Shown piece after piece: positions 1 to 8,817 of a stretch of DNA of 62,260 nt; position 1 is the first letter of the stretch, and every line of letters begins with the position of its first letter. Position numbers and translations under genes: made by a program. Under the pieces are notes generated by a model. The model saw nothing but the letters and a program-made list of their open reading frames with translations, searched no databases and was not told the origin of the DNA. The DNA lies in the NCBI GenBank assembly GCA_964463635.1, contig CAYXCB010000002.1:1-62260 (forward strand), in the 5' to 3' direction. Origin of the DNA: an uncultured Candidatus Saccharibacteria bacterium (GTDB taxonomy: Bacteria > Patescibacteriota > Saccharimonadia > Saccharimonadales > CAZARM01).

Positions 1-83
1 ACTGGTAAGCGGGCCATTATTTGTTTCCCTCTATGGTTGTTATGGTTAGATTATACCGTAATCCCACGGTAGTTCAAGCTGTA

Positions 84-389
84 CTAGCTATTGAAAAACG
101 GGAAGAAATTACCCCGTTTCCCAGCTGCAAGCTGGGTTGTAAATATCCAATCGGTGTTGCCGGACACGTCGGTCGAGTTGTACGCGACCCAACGTCCGCC
201 TCCGGTTGCGTCCGAGCTGCTGATGGACGCATAGTTGACGTGCTGGTCGGGCGACGAGGCGACATCACCGACCACCGACATCAGCTTGCCGGCGGTGCCT
301 TGCACGTTGAACCCGTCCGCTGTGGCGATCGTCGTGGTGGTGGTCGTTGTTGGCATCGAGAGGGTGCGGACGCTGCTGCGAAGGGACAT
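84..389 (-). CDS. hypothetical small Thr/Ser-rich protein, last ORF of the tail-fibre-like/glycosidase operon
   Basis: 101-aa ORF starting a few nt after the stop of 393..1697. Has a poly-Thr linker (PTTTTTTT). No recognisable catalytic motif. Confidence 0.35.
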   Translation of the reverse strand: MSLRSSVRTLSMPTTTTTTTIATADGFNVQGTAGKLMSVVGDVASSPDQHVNYASISSSDATGGGRWVAYNSTDVSGNTDWIFTTQLAAGKRGNFFPFFNS

Positions 390-392
390 TTA

Positions 393-1697
393 TCAGGGTG
401 TTTCGAAGGTAGTGACGCTACCCGCTGGAAGCGTGGGTGAGAAGGTATTTCCTGAGACTGAGATCGAGCCAACGGCTACCCAATTCTCGCTAGCACTGGT
501 TCGCTCACCGCTCACACTGGAAGCGCCCCCGAGAGTCGCCAATGTAAATGTCGGAGTTAAACTCCCGCCAGTTGTATTGAGTGCAACAACGACCCGTTTA
601 GCACCGGTTGAATATGCTGATACCTTAACACTTGAGTCTGACGTTGTTACCCCTACACGAACTGATCCCTGTGGTATGTGCCGTGAGTATTGGCCCATAT
701 AATACGCGACTTTACGAGGCACAGAGCCGGTATAGGTGTTGCCTGAGTGATTAAGCACTACTAGCTGCGCGCCGTCTTCAGAGCCGAACCATCCCCACAA
801 ATAGTCAATGGCGCTGACATTATAGGTCACGAGCAAGTCATGCATAAGCTCCGGCCAGGCTATGTCTGTGGTAGCAAGGCCCGCTGAACTCATGGCGGGA
901 CGGGAAAATTCTGTCATCCACAGGGGCAAGTCATACTGCGAAGCAAGAGCCCCAAGCGTAGTTAAGTTACTTATCGATTCATCATATAGGTGGGTCGCTA
1001 TAGCGCCAACGTACTGGGCAGCTGTAGAGTCGGCCATGATGATTTGCGACTTTGCCAGCGCGTCCGAGGCCCGAACATCATCCGGTATTATTATAGGAAC
1101 AAGCAAATCTTCAGCGGCCATTCGGGGACAAAGATTTTTAATAACATCCCGTATAAACGCTCCGCTCAGCGTATTGCCAGTGTAGCTCGGCTCATTAGCA
1201 ATTGACAGATGTGTCAACGGCTGGCCATTAGTACTGTAGCGGCGGACCATGGCCAGTAGCCATTCGGCGTATTCTGCAGCGTCGTTAGCGGTACTTGTAC
1301 CCATCCATGACTCACGATTTACGGGTGAAATCCAACGCATATTTACCCCTTGCGCAATAGATGTATTAAGGTTTGTAACGTGCGTATTTATGCGCTCGAA
1401 AGAAAAACCGGCCTCATTTGTCACCAAGGGATCTGAGTTGTCGTTAGTCTCTTCAACCGGATAGAAAACCCCGCGAACAAAGGGTCGATTCCGATTCAGT
1501 TTCATTTGAACGTTCAGAAACTCCAAAACGGCATTTTGCTCCGATGCAGTCATAGTAACGGTACTCGAGGAAAACATATCACTATTGTCAAATGGCTTCG
1601 ATGAGTAGCCCCAGCCATCGACTGTTTGAAAGAGTGTTTCAGCAACGTCAGTCGATGAGCTAACAAGCTTGGCCGCGCCGATCCGTGAGGTACTCAC
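393..1697 (-). CDS. glycoside hydrolase, clan GH-A (GH30-like)
   Basis: 434 aa. SIANEPSY (acid/base Glu context) and LWMTEFS (nucleophile Glu context). C-terminal beta-sandwich-like tail ends ...LPAGSVTTFETP. The N-terminus carries the TDVAETLFQ motif shared with the upstream ORF. Confidence 0.6.
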   Translation of the reverse strand: MSTSRIGAAKLVSSSTDVAETLFQTVDGWGYSSKPFDNSDMFSSSTVTMTASEQNAVLEFLNVQMKLNRNRPFVRGVFYPVEETNDNSDPLVTNEAGFSFERINTHVTNLNTSIAQGVNMRWISPVNRESWMGTSTANDAAEYAEWLLAMVRRYSTNGQPLTHLSIANEPSYTGNTLSGAFIRDVIKNLCPRMAAEDLLVPIIIPDDVRASDALAKSQIIMADSTAAQYVGAIATHLYDESISNLTTLGALASQYDLPLWMTEFSRPAMSSAGLATTDIAWPELMHDLLVTYNVSAIDYLWGWFGSEDGAQLVVLNHSGNTYTGSVPRKVAYYMGQYSRHIPQGSVRVGVTTSDSSVKVSAYSTGAKRVVVALNTTGGSLTPTFTLATLGGASSVSGERTSASENWVAVGSISVSGNTFSPTLPAGSVTTFETP

Positions 1698-2338
1698 AGT
1701 GTCGTCGCTATAATCGAATCTATATGTTCAGCAGTTGAGTTTGTGGCTGCACCTGCACGTATACCAGCTCGATTGGCACTTGCTATAACGTTCGTACTCG
1801 AACTAATGCGCAAAACGCCATCGATATATGCCAGCTTATCGGTGTTAGTGACTACAAGCTTGGCCGTCCGAACATCACCACTTACCAGCGTTTCCGCCCA
1901 GGTACCGAGTGTGGTGAAAACATTGTTTACCACTTGAAGTAATTCCCATTGAGTGGCAGAATAACGGAGTTGGTAAAAAGTTGATATGGTCGACGCCTCC
2001 AGCCGGGCCACCGGACCCGAGGACGAACTTGTTGAGAATATCTTGATAACTGCCTCTACCTCATATTCTGCTGAAGGCGGTATAGCAGATGAGTAGTATA
2101 TTCCCACGCCAGTGTCGCCCCGTACCCGGTTAGCATCGCTAATTTTTGCATCTGAGGTGGCTCCGGTGTGCTTTGTCCAGGTAGCGCCACTGTCAGAGGT
2201 GTGGGATTGTAGCAGCGTTTCAGCAATGTCGGTGAAAGTATCGGTGAGAAACGTAACCGGAGCCGTTGTGATCGGTCTGGACAAAATACCCCGGCGTATA
2301 ATAGCAAAACTCAAACAATATCCCCTTCCATATGCCAT
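1694..2338 (-). CDS. hypothetical beta-rich (lectin-like?) protein sharing an N-terminal motif with the glycosidase
   Basis: 214-aa ORF overlapping both neighbours (ATGA-type overlap at 1694-1697). Motif TDIAETLLQ matches TDVAETLFQ of 393..1697. The true start is uncertain because it overlaps the 3' end of 2311..3624. Confidence 0.45.
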   Translation of the reverse strand: MAYGRGYCLSFAIIRRGILSRPITTAPVTFLTDTFTDIAETLLQSHTSDSGATWTKHTGATSDAKISDANRVRGDTGVGIYYSSAIPPSAEYEVEAVIKIFSTSSSSGPVARLEASTISTFYQLRYSATQWELLQVVNNVFTTLGTWAETLVSGDVRTAKLVVTNTDKLAYIDGVLRISSSTNVIASANRAGIRAGAATNSTAEHIDSIIATTL

Positions 2339-3624
2339 TCATCCGTTGAGCGTTTACGCAGAGAAACAGACGAGTACTGATTGACGACTGTTCTGGAGCT
2401 AGTACCTGCGGGCTGGATACGGTTAGGAATAGTTACTCCCGATCCCGGTGTGATTGTCAAACTCCCCGAGCCAAGGCGTACCACCTCGATAACTGTGTTT
2501 GATGGGAAAGCCACACTACTATTCGGTGGAACGGTCAGGACGGTGGCACTGGACGAGTTCATTTCGACCGCTTTACCTGCGTCCCCTAAAACGAGCGTAT
2601 AGCTAGTAGTCTGAGTATTTTTGGGAATTGTTTTAATTGCTGCGAGGGCAGCCGCGTCACTCTCTAAGCCCAGTGATTCCGCTCTAAAAGTAGTATCGTC
2701 GATCCACCGGACCAGCACAATAAATGAGTCATTGGCTGCTAAGGGGATCTGAATGGCTATACCAGCAACAGTCAGTGTGTGCCCTCCAGTTGCATCCTGT
2801 ACACCAGAAACAAGCAGGCGCGATCCAGCGGTAGCTCCGTTAACAGTGATGGCTAGGTTTGCGTTCAATATTCCGTCGAGCCAGAGCTCTTCTGCCGCAG
2901 TGAATGTAACAGTCCTTGTTGATCCAAGGTTCCCTGGAGCACTTACCGTCGGCGTGGCAGTAGTGATCACAGCATCCAGTTCGGCTTGGGTAGCGACATC
3001 AAAGGAGAGTTTGGCAGCTGAGAAGGAGCTATCTGGTACTACTGGAATGGAAGAGAAAGTCTTGATCCCAGCAATGGTTTCAGTGCCCGTGTTATGCACC
3101 ACGGCGCTGTCGTTGGCTTTGGTAGCTAAGTCACTGGTCAGGTTGGCGATCTTAGACTGGGCAATGGCTGCGGCGGCATCGACGTCAGCATTAACAATGT
3201 TAAGAGCGGCTAGTTTGGATTTGGCGATAGCCGCCGAGGCATTGATGTCGGCGTTTACTATGACACCGGCAGCTATCTGCGGGCTGACAGCAGTACCACT
3301 GAGGTCACCGGTCAGCTGAAGCTTGCCTTTGGTAGTGGCGTCAGCATCGGGGGTACCACTTGAGCCAACCGAGTCTACGTAAGCTTTGTTAGCAGCGTCT
3401 GTATTGCTACCGGGGGCTGGGACTACCGGCGAGGAAGAGAAAGTTTTAATACCAGCGATGGTCTCATCGCCGGTGTCGTGGACTACAGTGGAGTCATCAG
3501 CTTTAGAAGCTAATGAGCCGGAACTTTTGAGCGTACCGTCAGTGTTATGTTCAACGCTTAGGTATTCGTTGAGGATGTCTCCCCAGGTCCCTGTGTCACC
3601 TCCTGGTATTGGTAGTCGGGCCAA
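2311..3624 (-). CDS. phage tail-fibre-like repeat protein (putative surface adhesin)
   Basis: 437 aa with a TTG start. N-terminus is ARLPIPGGDTGTWGDILNEYL. Contains two copies of D-S-x-VVH-x-TG-x-ETIAGIKTFSS-x-PVVP separated by an Ala-rich coiled segment (SAAIAKSKLAALNIVNADV...). Confidence 0.6.
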   Translation of the reverse strand: MARLPIPGGDTGTWGDILNEYLSVEHNTDGTLKSSGSLASKADDSTVVHDTGDETIAGIKTFSSSPVVPAPGSNTDAANKAYVDSVGSSGTPDADATTKGKLQLTGDLSGTAVSPQIAAGVIVNADINASAAIAKSKLAALNIVNADVDAAAAIAQSKIANLTSDLATKANDSAVVHNTGTETIAGIKTFSSIPVVPDSSFSAAKLSFDVATQAELDAVITTATPTVSAPGNLGSTRTVTFTAAEELWLDGILNANLAITVNGATAGSRLLVSGVQDATGGHTLTVAGIAIQIPLAANDSFIVLVRWIDDTTFRAESLGLESDAAALAAIKTIPKNTQTTSYTLVLGDAGKAVEMNSSSATVLTVPPNSSVAFPSNTVIEVVRLGSGSLTITPGSGVTIPNRIQPAGTSSRTVVNQYSSVSLRKRSTDEWHMEGDIV

Positions 3625-3716
3625 GTACTTATCTCCCTAGTGGTTATGTTTTGAATTATAGCATAGCCATAAAAAACGACCCTAGTTATGGCCGCCTTAA
3701 TGCACAATTTGTTTTA

Positions 3717-3869
3717 GGGGAGAGCAGCTCTTCGAGTCTGAGCCTGAGGGCTCATACCTCAGAGTCGAATGACCGGAGACGCGGATTCATTCCGCGCCCC
3801 GCGCGATGAGAAAAACCGGGGTCCCCGCAAAACCTGTTTTGTGGGGTGATAGTACCGTAGGTTTGTCTC
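3717..3869. repeat. intergenic repeat family copy A (conserved ends GGGGAGAGCAGC ... GAAAAACCG / TAGGTTTGTCTC) carrying an inserted terminator hairpin
   Basis: Aligns end-to-end with the reverse complements of 21195..21265 and 22762..22838. The central part is a different set of hairpins in each copy. Confidence 0.5.
3808..3846 (-). terminator. groEL terminator hairpin (CCCCACAAAA-CAGG-TTTTGCGGGG, then a T-run)
   Basis: 10-bp stem (3823-3832 / 3837-3846) with a 4-nt loop. On the minus strand TTTTTC follows a few nt later. A related hairpin occurs at 23131..23160. Confidence 0.6.
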
Positions 3870-3877
3870 TATTACTT

Positions 3878-5563
3878 TTACATCCCCATCATGCCGCCGC
3901 CGCCCATGCCGGACATATCCGGTGCCGGAGCAGCTTTTTCTGGTACATCAACCACTAAAGCACCCATGGTCATGCTGGTACCGGCAATCGACACTGCATT
4001 CTGAACTGCTTCTTTAACAACACGTACTGGGTCAATGACCCCCACGGTCTTCAAGTCCACTAACTTAGAAGGATTGTTGACGTCAACTCCATGCCCGAGT
4101 TTCGCAGATTGTACTTTGTCCAGTAGAGCCGAGGAGTTTAGGCCAGCATTCTCGGTCAAGATTAGGAACGGAGTCTGTAACGCACCCGCAAGTAGAGCGA
4201 TGCCTGGTATCATTTCCGGGTTCTTTGCAACATCTTCACGAAGTCTCTTGCCAAGCTCCCCTTCTGGAGAAAGTGCTAACCCCAAGCGCACCAGTGTCAC
4301 CCCGCCGCCCGGCACGATGCCTTCATCCAGCGCCGCTTTTACGGCGTGCACAGCGTCATCAACCCGGAATTTCTTTTCCTCGATTTCAGTTTCGGTAGCA
4401 CCGCCGACTTTGATAACAGCGACTTTGCCTTGCAGCGCGGCCCGGCGCTTCTCATGGTTTTCTTTGTCATATTCACTGCTGGCAGCATCCGCCTGGGAAG
4501 CGATTTGCTTGATCCGTGCGTCGACTTCCATAACATCGCCATTGCCTTCGATGATGGTAGTTTCGTCTTTGGTAACAAGTACCTTGCGCGCGCTTCCGAC
4601 CATATTGAGCTCAGCGTCTTCGAAACTATGGCCTAAATCTTCGGAGATAACCGTCGCGCCAGTTAGAATTGCGATGTCCGTCAGGATTTCCTTGCGCTGG
4701 TCGCCAAATGCTGGTGCCTTAACAGCTACGGCATTGAAAGTGCCCTTTAATTTGTTCAGCACTAGGTTCGCCAGGGCGTCGCCCTCGACATCTTCAGCCA
4801 CCAGTACTAAATCTTTTTTGCCTGATTGGACTAGTTTTTCCAGTAGTGGCAGCAGGTCTTGGATAGAACTAACTTTCTTGTCCGTAACGACGATAGCTGG
4901 CTTGTCATAAACAGCTTCCATACGAGCCGGATCGGTTACCATGTACGGACTGACAAAGCCGCGGTCAAAGGTAAAGCCCTCGACGACTTCGCTCTCTAGA
5001 GCTAAGCCCTGGCCTTCTTCAACAGTAATTACGCCGTCTTTGCCGACTTTTTCAATTACGTCTGCAATCAAATTGCCGATTTCACTGTCGCCGGCGGAGA
5101 TAGTAGCGACTTCAGCCACCCGGTTTTTCTTGCCCTGGATGTCTTCGGCCATAGTATTGAGCTTAGCAATGACATCATGGGCGGCCGCTTCCAGGCCTTT
5201 GCGCAGGGCTATTGGATCGTGTCCGGCGGCAATCAGTTTGTTGGCTTCGTTCAAGATGTGGTAAGTCAGCACCGTAACAGTGGTAGTACCGTCGCCAGCA
5301 ACATCGTTCATCTTGTTGGCAGCTTGCTTGATCAGCTCGGCGCCGACTTTGTAACCTAAGGTTTCATCGTCCACATCAGCGATTTCGACGCCTTTAGCTA
5401 CCGTTACGCCGTCATGGGTAACGGTCGGATTGCCATAGGACTTGCTGATAACAACATTGCGGCCTTTAGGGCCCATTGTGGTCTTCACGGCGTCGTATAA
5501 AATTTGAGCTCCGCCTAAAACCCGGCGGCGGGCATCATCATCATAAAAAACTTTTTTTGCCAT
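3878..5563 (-). CDS. groL: chaperonin GroEL
   Basis: 561 aa. MAKKVFYDDDARRR..., GDGTTT ATP-binding motif, C-terminal GGM-type tail (SGMGGGGMMGM). Confidence 0.97.
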   Translation of the reverse strand: MAKKVFYDDDARRRVLGGAQILYDAVKTTMGPKGRNVVISKSYGNPTVTHDGVTVAKGVEIADVDDETLGYKVGAELIKQAANKMNDVAGDGTTTVTVLTYHILNEANKLIAAGHDPIALRKGLEAAAHDVIAKLNTMAEDIQGKKNRVAEVATISAGDSEIGNLIADVIEKVGKDGVITVEEGQGLALESEVVEGFTFDRGFVSPYMVTDPARMEAVYDKPAIVVTDKKVSSIQDLLPLLEKLVQSGKKDLVLVAEDVEGDALANLVLNKLKGTFNAVAVKAPAFGDQRKEILTDIAILTGATVISEDLGHSFEDAELNMVGSARKVLVTKDETTIIEGNGDVMEVDARIKQIASQADAASSEYDKENHEKRRAALQGKVAVIKVGGATETEIEEKKFRVDDAVHAVKAALDEGIVPGGGVTLVRLGLALSPEGELGKRLREDVAKNPEMIPGIALLAGALQTPFLILTENAGLNSSALLDKVQSAKLGHGVDVNNPSKLVDLKTVGVIDPVRVVKEAVQNAVSIAGTSMTMGALVVDVPEKAAPAPDMSGMGGGGMMGM

Positions 5564-5572
5564 AAAATTCTC

Positions 5573-5839
5573 CTACTTAACGGTTGCTAAGATATCTTCT
5601 TCTTTAACTAGAATGTACTCTTCTTTGTCGACTTTTACATCGGTGGTGCTGTAGCTTTTGTAGATAATCTTGTCGCCAGTCTTGATTTCCTTGACTGCCT
5701 TGCCGACTGCTACGACTTTAGCGGTTTTGGGCTTTTCCTGGGCGGTTTGGGTCAAATACAAGCCGCTGGCCGTCTTGCTTTCGGCTTCCTCGCTCTGGGC
5801 GACAACATAATCAGCTAGTGGTTGAATATTAACTGCCAT
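5573..5839 (-). CDS. groS: co-chaperonin GroES
   Basis: 88 aa, immediately upstream of groEL. IQPLADYVVAQ...GDKIIYKSY...EEYILVKEEDILA pattern. Confidence 0.95.
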   Translation of the reverse strand: MAVNIQPLADYVVAQSEEAESKTASGLYLTQTAQEKPKTAKVVAVGKAVKEIKTGDKIIYKSYSTTDVKVDKEEYILVKEEDILATVK

Positions 5840-5863
5840 TTTTCCTCCTATTACTTCTGAGTT

Positions 5864-5890
5864 TTAGCACTTTAACCATGAGAGTGCTAA
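5864..5890. promoter_or_regulatory. CIRCE operator (HrcA-binding inverted repeat)
   Basis: TTAGCACTT-N9-GAGTGCTAA between the promoter and groES. One mismatch in the left arm compared with consensus TTAGCACTC-N9-GAGTGCTAA. Confidence 0.85.
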
Positions 5891-5902
5891 TTACCAACCC
5901 CC

Positions 5903-5932
5903 ATAATAAGCGACCTCTAATTCCGCTGTCAA
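5903..5932 (-). promoter_or_regulatory. sigma70-type promoter of groES-groEL
   Basis: On the minus strand: TTGACA, then an 18-nt spacer, then TATTAT, directly upstream of CIRCE. Confidence 0.6.
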
Positions 5933-5997
5933 GTGACTAGCTAATGTTATTACAAAATGTATTGTTAGTTTTACTACTTTATGCTATAATTACGCTT

Positions 5998-6294
5998 ATG
6001 AAACTGCTTGTCCAGAACGAAGTTCTAAGAATGTCGCCTACTTCTCAAGAATCAGTAGTCCGATTTGAAATAATGACAAAAAGTCCTACTGCTGCTCGGG
6101 TTGTTCATCAATTGATCGAAAATTCTCGAGAAAACGAAGAAAATCAACCGTTTTGGTTTGGGGGCCAGCATGCTGGCATGCCGCTGCAGCATGTGTGGGC
6201 CGGAACCACTTCGGGCGAGCCTATGGATGAAATTCAAGCTTCCCTGGCTCAACTTCAGGTTGAAAAATTTATATTAGATTTGCAGGGCAAATAG
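5998..6294 (+). CDS. hypothetical protein (probably leaderless)
   Basis: ATG at 5998 lies 7 nt after an extended -10 (TGcTATAAT, hexamer 5985-5990), with TTGTTA at -35. The longer track ORF (5944) would start inside the promoter. Confidence 0.4.
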   Translation: MKLLVQNEVLRMSPTSQESVVRFEIMTKSPTAARVVHQLIENSRENEENQPFWFGGQHAGMPLQHVWAGTTSGEPMDEIQASLAQLQVEKFILDLQGK

Positions 6295-6303
6295 GAGCAT
6301 ACG

Positions 6304-6684
6304 GTGGGCGCGCAATTACCTAATGAGCAGGAATGGCAAGCCATCAATGGCGGAGAGCCTACCCTGCTTGAATCGCCTGATTCTAAACTGTACGAAATTA
6401 TCCACCCGAATGGCGCTATCGTCCCTACTCCAGCCGAGCAATTACTAGGCTCGCTTTCAGCGTCAAATTTGTTAAGGTTAAACGTCCACGGCAAAGATAT
6501 TACCGTACCGGCTGTTTTACTATGGAAATACCATGGCCAACCCTGCGAAGAACGATCAGGCTCAGGCAGCGATGGCTACAAAAGAATTCCCGAAGAAAAA
6601 ATTAATGAACATATAGCAAATCAAGTCGCAGCCGGCTGGCGCCAAAAAAGCCTGCAAGTCTCTAGCAAATCAGACCAGCAATAG
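6304..6684 (+). CDS. hypothetical protein
   Basis: 126-aa ORF with a GTG start, 9 nt after the previous stop. No recognisable motif. Confidence 0.4.
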   Translation: MGAQLPNEQEWQAINGGEPTLLESPDSKLYEIIHPNGAIVPTPAEQLLGSLSASNLLRLNVHGKDITVPAVLLWKYHGQPCEERSGSGSDGYKRIPEEKINEHIANQVAAGWRQKSLQVSSKSDQQ

Positions 6685-6798
6685 CCAACCCTTAAATCAT
6701 TTAGTCCGATATTGATTAGTTATACGCATGGTGTAAAATGCAATTAAAGGTAATTGGCTATTGCTAAATAAATAGTTTTATTGTAAAATATAAATAAT

Positions 6799-7560
6799 AT
6801 GATCGATGTCAGGACGACGCTTCCGTTGAAAATGCGGACTTTTGAACAGTTTGACGGCTCAGAATGGCGCCAGTACGAATCTGATAGAGCCATTATTTTG
6901 CTGACTGGGACAGGGCGCAAGCTTGTAGCTGGTCAAAACATAGGCAGGTTACTAAGGCATTATGCCGACGACTACCACCACGGTCGAGAAGCCGATACTG
7001 ACACTCGACGTTTCATGGCTGAAGGTGGCAGCGCTCGCATATTTTCATTAGGAGATACTAGCTTGGCGGTCAAAGAAAAACGCCTACTTGGCGATGATTT
7101 ATTTGCATCTCTTTACCGTATGGATAGGCTTATTGATGCGGTGGATAATTATGATCCAGGCAAAAACGCTGCATACGATCCTAGCTGGATAGGAGTACCC
7201 CAACATTACGGAATCATCGCCATGAAAGAGGATACGAGAAAGCAATTTATGCTTATGCAAAAGATTGATAACGGCGTCACTGTTGGGGACGTATTGGGCT
7301 ATCACCATGAGCCTCGCGAGCAACATTTAAAGGAATCCATCGACAATTTGTATGGTGGGGTAACTGACGAATTCCAAGAAGAAATTGCTGGACGGTATGG
7401 TATGACTTTGGGCATACTTAGAAAAGCCTTAATGGCAAAGTACCTAAGCCCTGATGAGTATATCCCTGATATTGACCAGAACCCTTATAACATCGTCTTA
7501 GAACCTTTGGAAACGCCAGTTGGTGGCAGTAATATCAAGTTCTGGATAATCGACCAATAA
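6799..7560 (+). CDS. hypothetical protein with protein-kinase-like motifs
   Basis: 253 aa. SLAVKEKRL (VAIK-like Lys), IPDIDQNPYNIVL (catalytic-loop-like D..N) and FWIIDQ (DFG-position Asp). Assignment is weak. Confidence 0.4.
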   Translation: MIDVRTTLPLKMRTFEQFDGSEWRQYESDRAIILLTGTGRKLVAGQNIGRLLRHYADDYHHGREADTDTRRFMAEGGSARIFSLGDTSLAVKEKRLLGDDLFASLYRMDRLIDAVDNYDPGKNAAYDPSWIGVPQHYGIIAMKEDTRKQFMLMQKIDNGVTVGDVLGYHHEPREQHLKESIDNLYGGVTDEFQEEIAGRYGMTLGILRKALMAKYLSPDEYIPDIDQNPYNIVLEPLETPVGGSNIKFWIIDQ

Positions 7561-7591
7561 GCTATTAAGTCTAGCTGTTAAAATAGACTTT

Positions 7592-8476
7592 ATGCTTAAC
7601 TCCATAGTTTTGATGTCCGGGGCTGATTATTTCAGCGATGAGTTTGCCATCAATGCCCACATGGATTCGCATATACCTGTCGATGTCGAGCGGGCCAAAA
7701 AAGAACACGCCGCCATTCGCGAAGCCCTGCAATCAGCCGGAGTAACAGTTAAGCAAGTCGCGCCGCCCGAAAACTGCCAGGACGGCGTTTACACCGCTAA
7801 TTGGGGCTTATGCCGCGGCGACAAAGTAGTCCTGTCTTCCCTGCCCAATAAGCGCAAGGCCGAAGAGCCTTATGCCGAACAAGTCTTGCAAAGCTTGGGC
7901 AAAAAAACAGTTAAAGTGCCCGATAATTTGCGCTTCAGCGGCCAGGGTGATGCCCTGCCCTGCGGCAATTATTTATTCATTGGATCAGAATATCGGACCG
8001 ACCGTGCCGCCCACGACTTTATTGCTAAAACGCTGAATTACGAAGTTATTGGGCTGCAAACTATTCCTAAGCGCCGCTTTTTTGGCCTCGGTCCGCGGGT
8101 GATAAATAAAACCACCGACTGGCCGGACAGCTACTATTACGATTTGGATTTAGCCCTGGCTGTTTTGCGTGGTCCTTCAGACACTCAAAAAGGCTTAATT
8201 GCTTGGTGCCCAGAAGCGTTTACCCCTGATAGCCGGCAAAAACTGGCGGCTTTTGAGGGTGTCGACAAGCTAGAAGTGTCTCGCAGCGAGGCAACCAAAG
8301 GCCTAGCCCTGAACCTAGTTTCGACCGGTGAAATAGTTATCATGAGCGCCCATGCCCCAGATTTTCAATATGCCCTGGAGTCCGAAGGTTTTAAAACCAT
8401 CACGCCTAACGTCGAAGAGCTGCGCAAAGGCGGCGGTTTCATCCGCTGCTCGACTTTAACCCTTGATAATAGATAG
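7592..8476 (+). CDS. amidinotransferase / guanidino-group-modifying enzyme superfamily protein (DDAH/arginine-deiminase fold)
   Basis: 294 aa. C-terminal KGGGFIRCSTLTL (catalytic Cys context of this superfamily). The length fits the amidinotransferase/DDAH class rather than ArcA. Confidence 0.6.
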   Translation: MLNSIVLMSGADYFSDEFAINAHMDSHIPVDVERAKKEHAAIREALQSAGVTVKQVAPPENCQDGVYTANWGLCRGDKVVLSSLPNKRKAEEPYAEQVLQSLGKKTVKVPDNLRFSGQGDALPCGNYLFIGSEYRTDRAAHDFIAKTLNYEVIGLQTIPKRRFFGLGPRVINKTTDWPDSYYYDLDLALAVLRGPSDTQKGLIAWCPEAFTPDSRQKLAAFEGVDKLEVSRSEATKGLALNLVSTGEIVIMSAHAPDFQYALESEGFKTITPNVEELRKGGGFIRCSTLTLDNR

Positions 8477-8478
8477 CT

Positions 8479-8817
8479 TTAAGCAGCCGTATCGGCTACA
8501 GGCTGAAGGTAGGGATCGAAGACTTTGACATCAGGAGCCCTCAAAAGTTCTGTCAACGAGTCAAGTACAATCCGCTCTTCATTAAGCACAAAGATATGGG
8601 CAGTACCTTCTTCTTCTCGCCCGTCCAGCATATCTCCGCGTAGTGTATCGTAGCGTTCAACGGTCATGACACTCATGCTGTAGCATTTACCTTCGTCGTC
8701 ATATACAAACATATCAAGTTCTACCGGCTTCCCATCAGGAGCTGCTAGTGAACCCGTGATTTCCATTCGAGTAATATGGTTTGCCATTTCGTGTGTTCCT
8801 GAAGGTAGGATAGTCAT
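8479..8817 (-). CDS. hypothetical protein (downstream partner of 8814..9344)
   Basis: 112-aa acidic ORF. Its start overlaps the upstream stop by 4 nt (ATGA). Confidence 0.45.
   Translation of the reverse strand: MTILPSGTHEMANHITRMEITGSLAAPDGKPVELDMFVYDDEGKCYSMSVMTVERYDTLRGDMLDGREEEGTAHIFVLNEERIVLDSLTELLRAPDVKVFDPYLQPVADTAA

Noticed and set aside
2311-3624. The tail-fibre-like gene might be a diversity-generating retroelement target
   Set aside because: There is no reverse transcriptase, no template repeat and no C-type-lectin-like variable C-terminus anywhere in the window.
3697-3710. Extended -10 promoter (TGCACAAT) driving repeat copy A as an sRNA
   Set aside because: The TG is directly adjacent to the hexamer (wrong spacing), the hexamer matches only 4/6, and no -35 is present. 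The strand of any transcript remains unknown.
3717-3869. tmRNA-like features in repeat copy A: a GGGG start, CTTCGAGTC, and a T-arm-like CGCGG-ATTCATT-CCGCG
   Set aside because: Far too short for tmRNA. There is no acceptor pairing between the ends, no 3' CCA context and no tag ORF. The same conserved ends also occur in two shorter copies that lack the T-arm-like hairpin.
4035-5359. Long plus-strand ORFs (291, 96, 107 and 60 aa) antisense to groEL. Similar antisense ORFs lie inside valS, dnaA, dnaN, virB4, the 931-aa hydrolase and the VirB6-like gene.
   Set aside because: They lie entirely inside well-supported genes on the opposite strand, have low-complexity Ser/Ala/Pro-rich translations, and have no start context. 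These are typical shadow ORFs.
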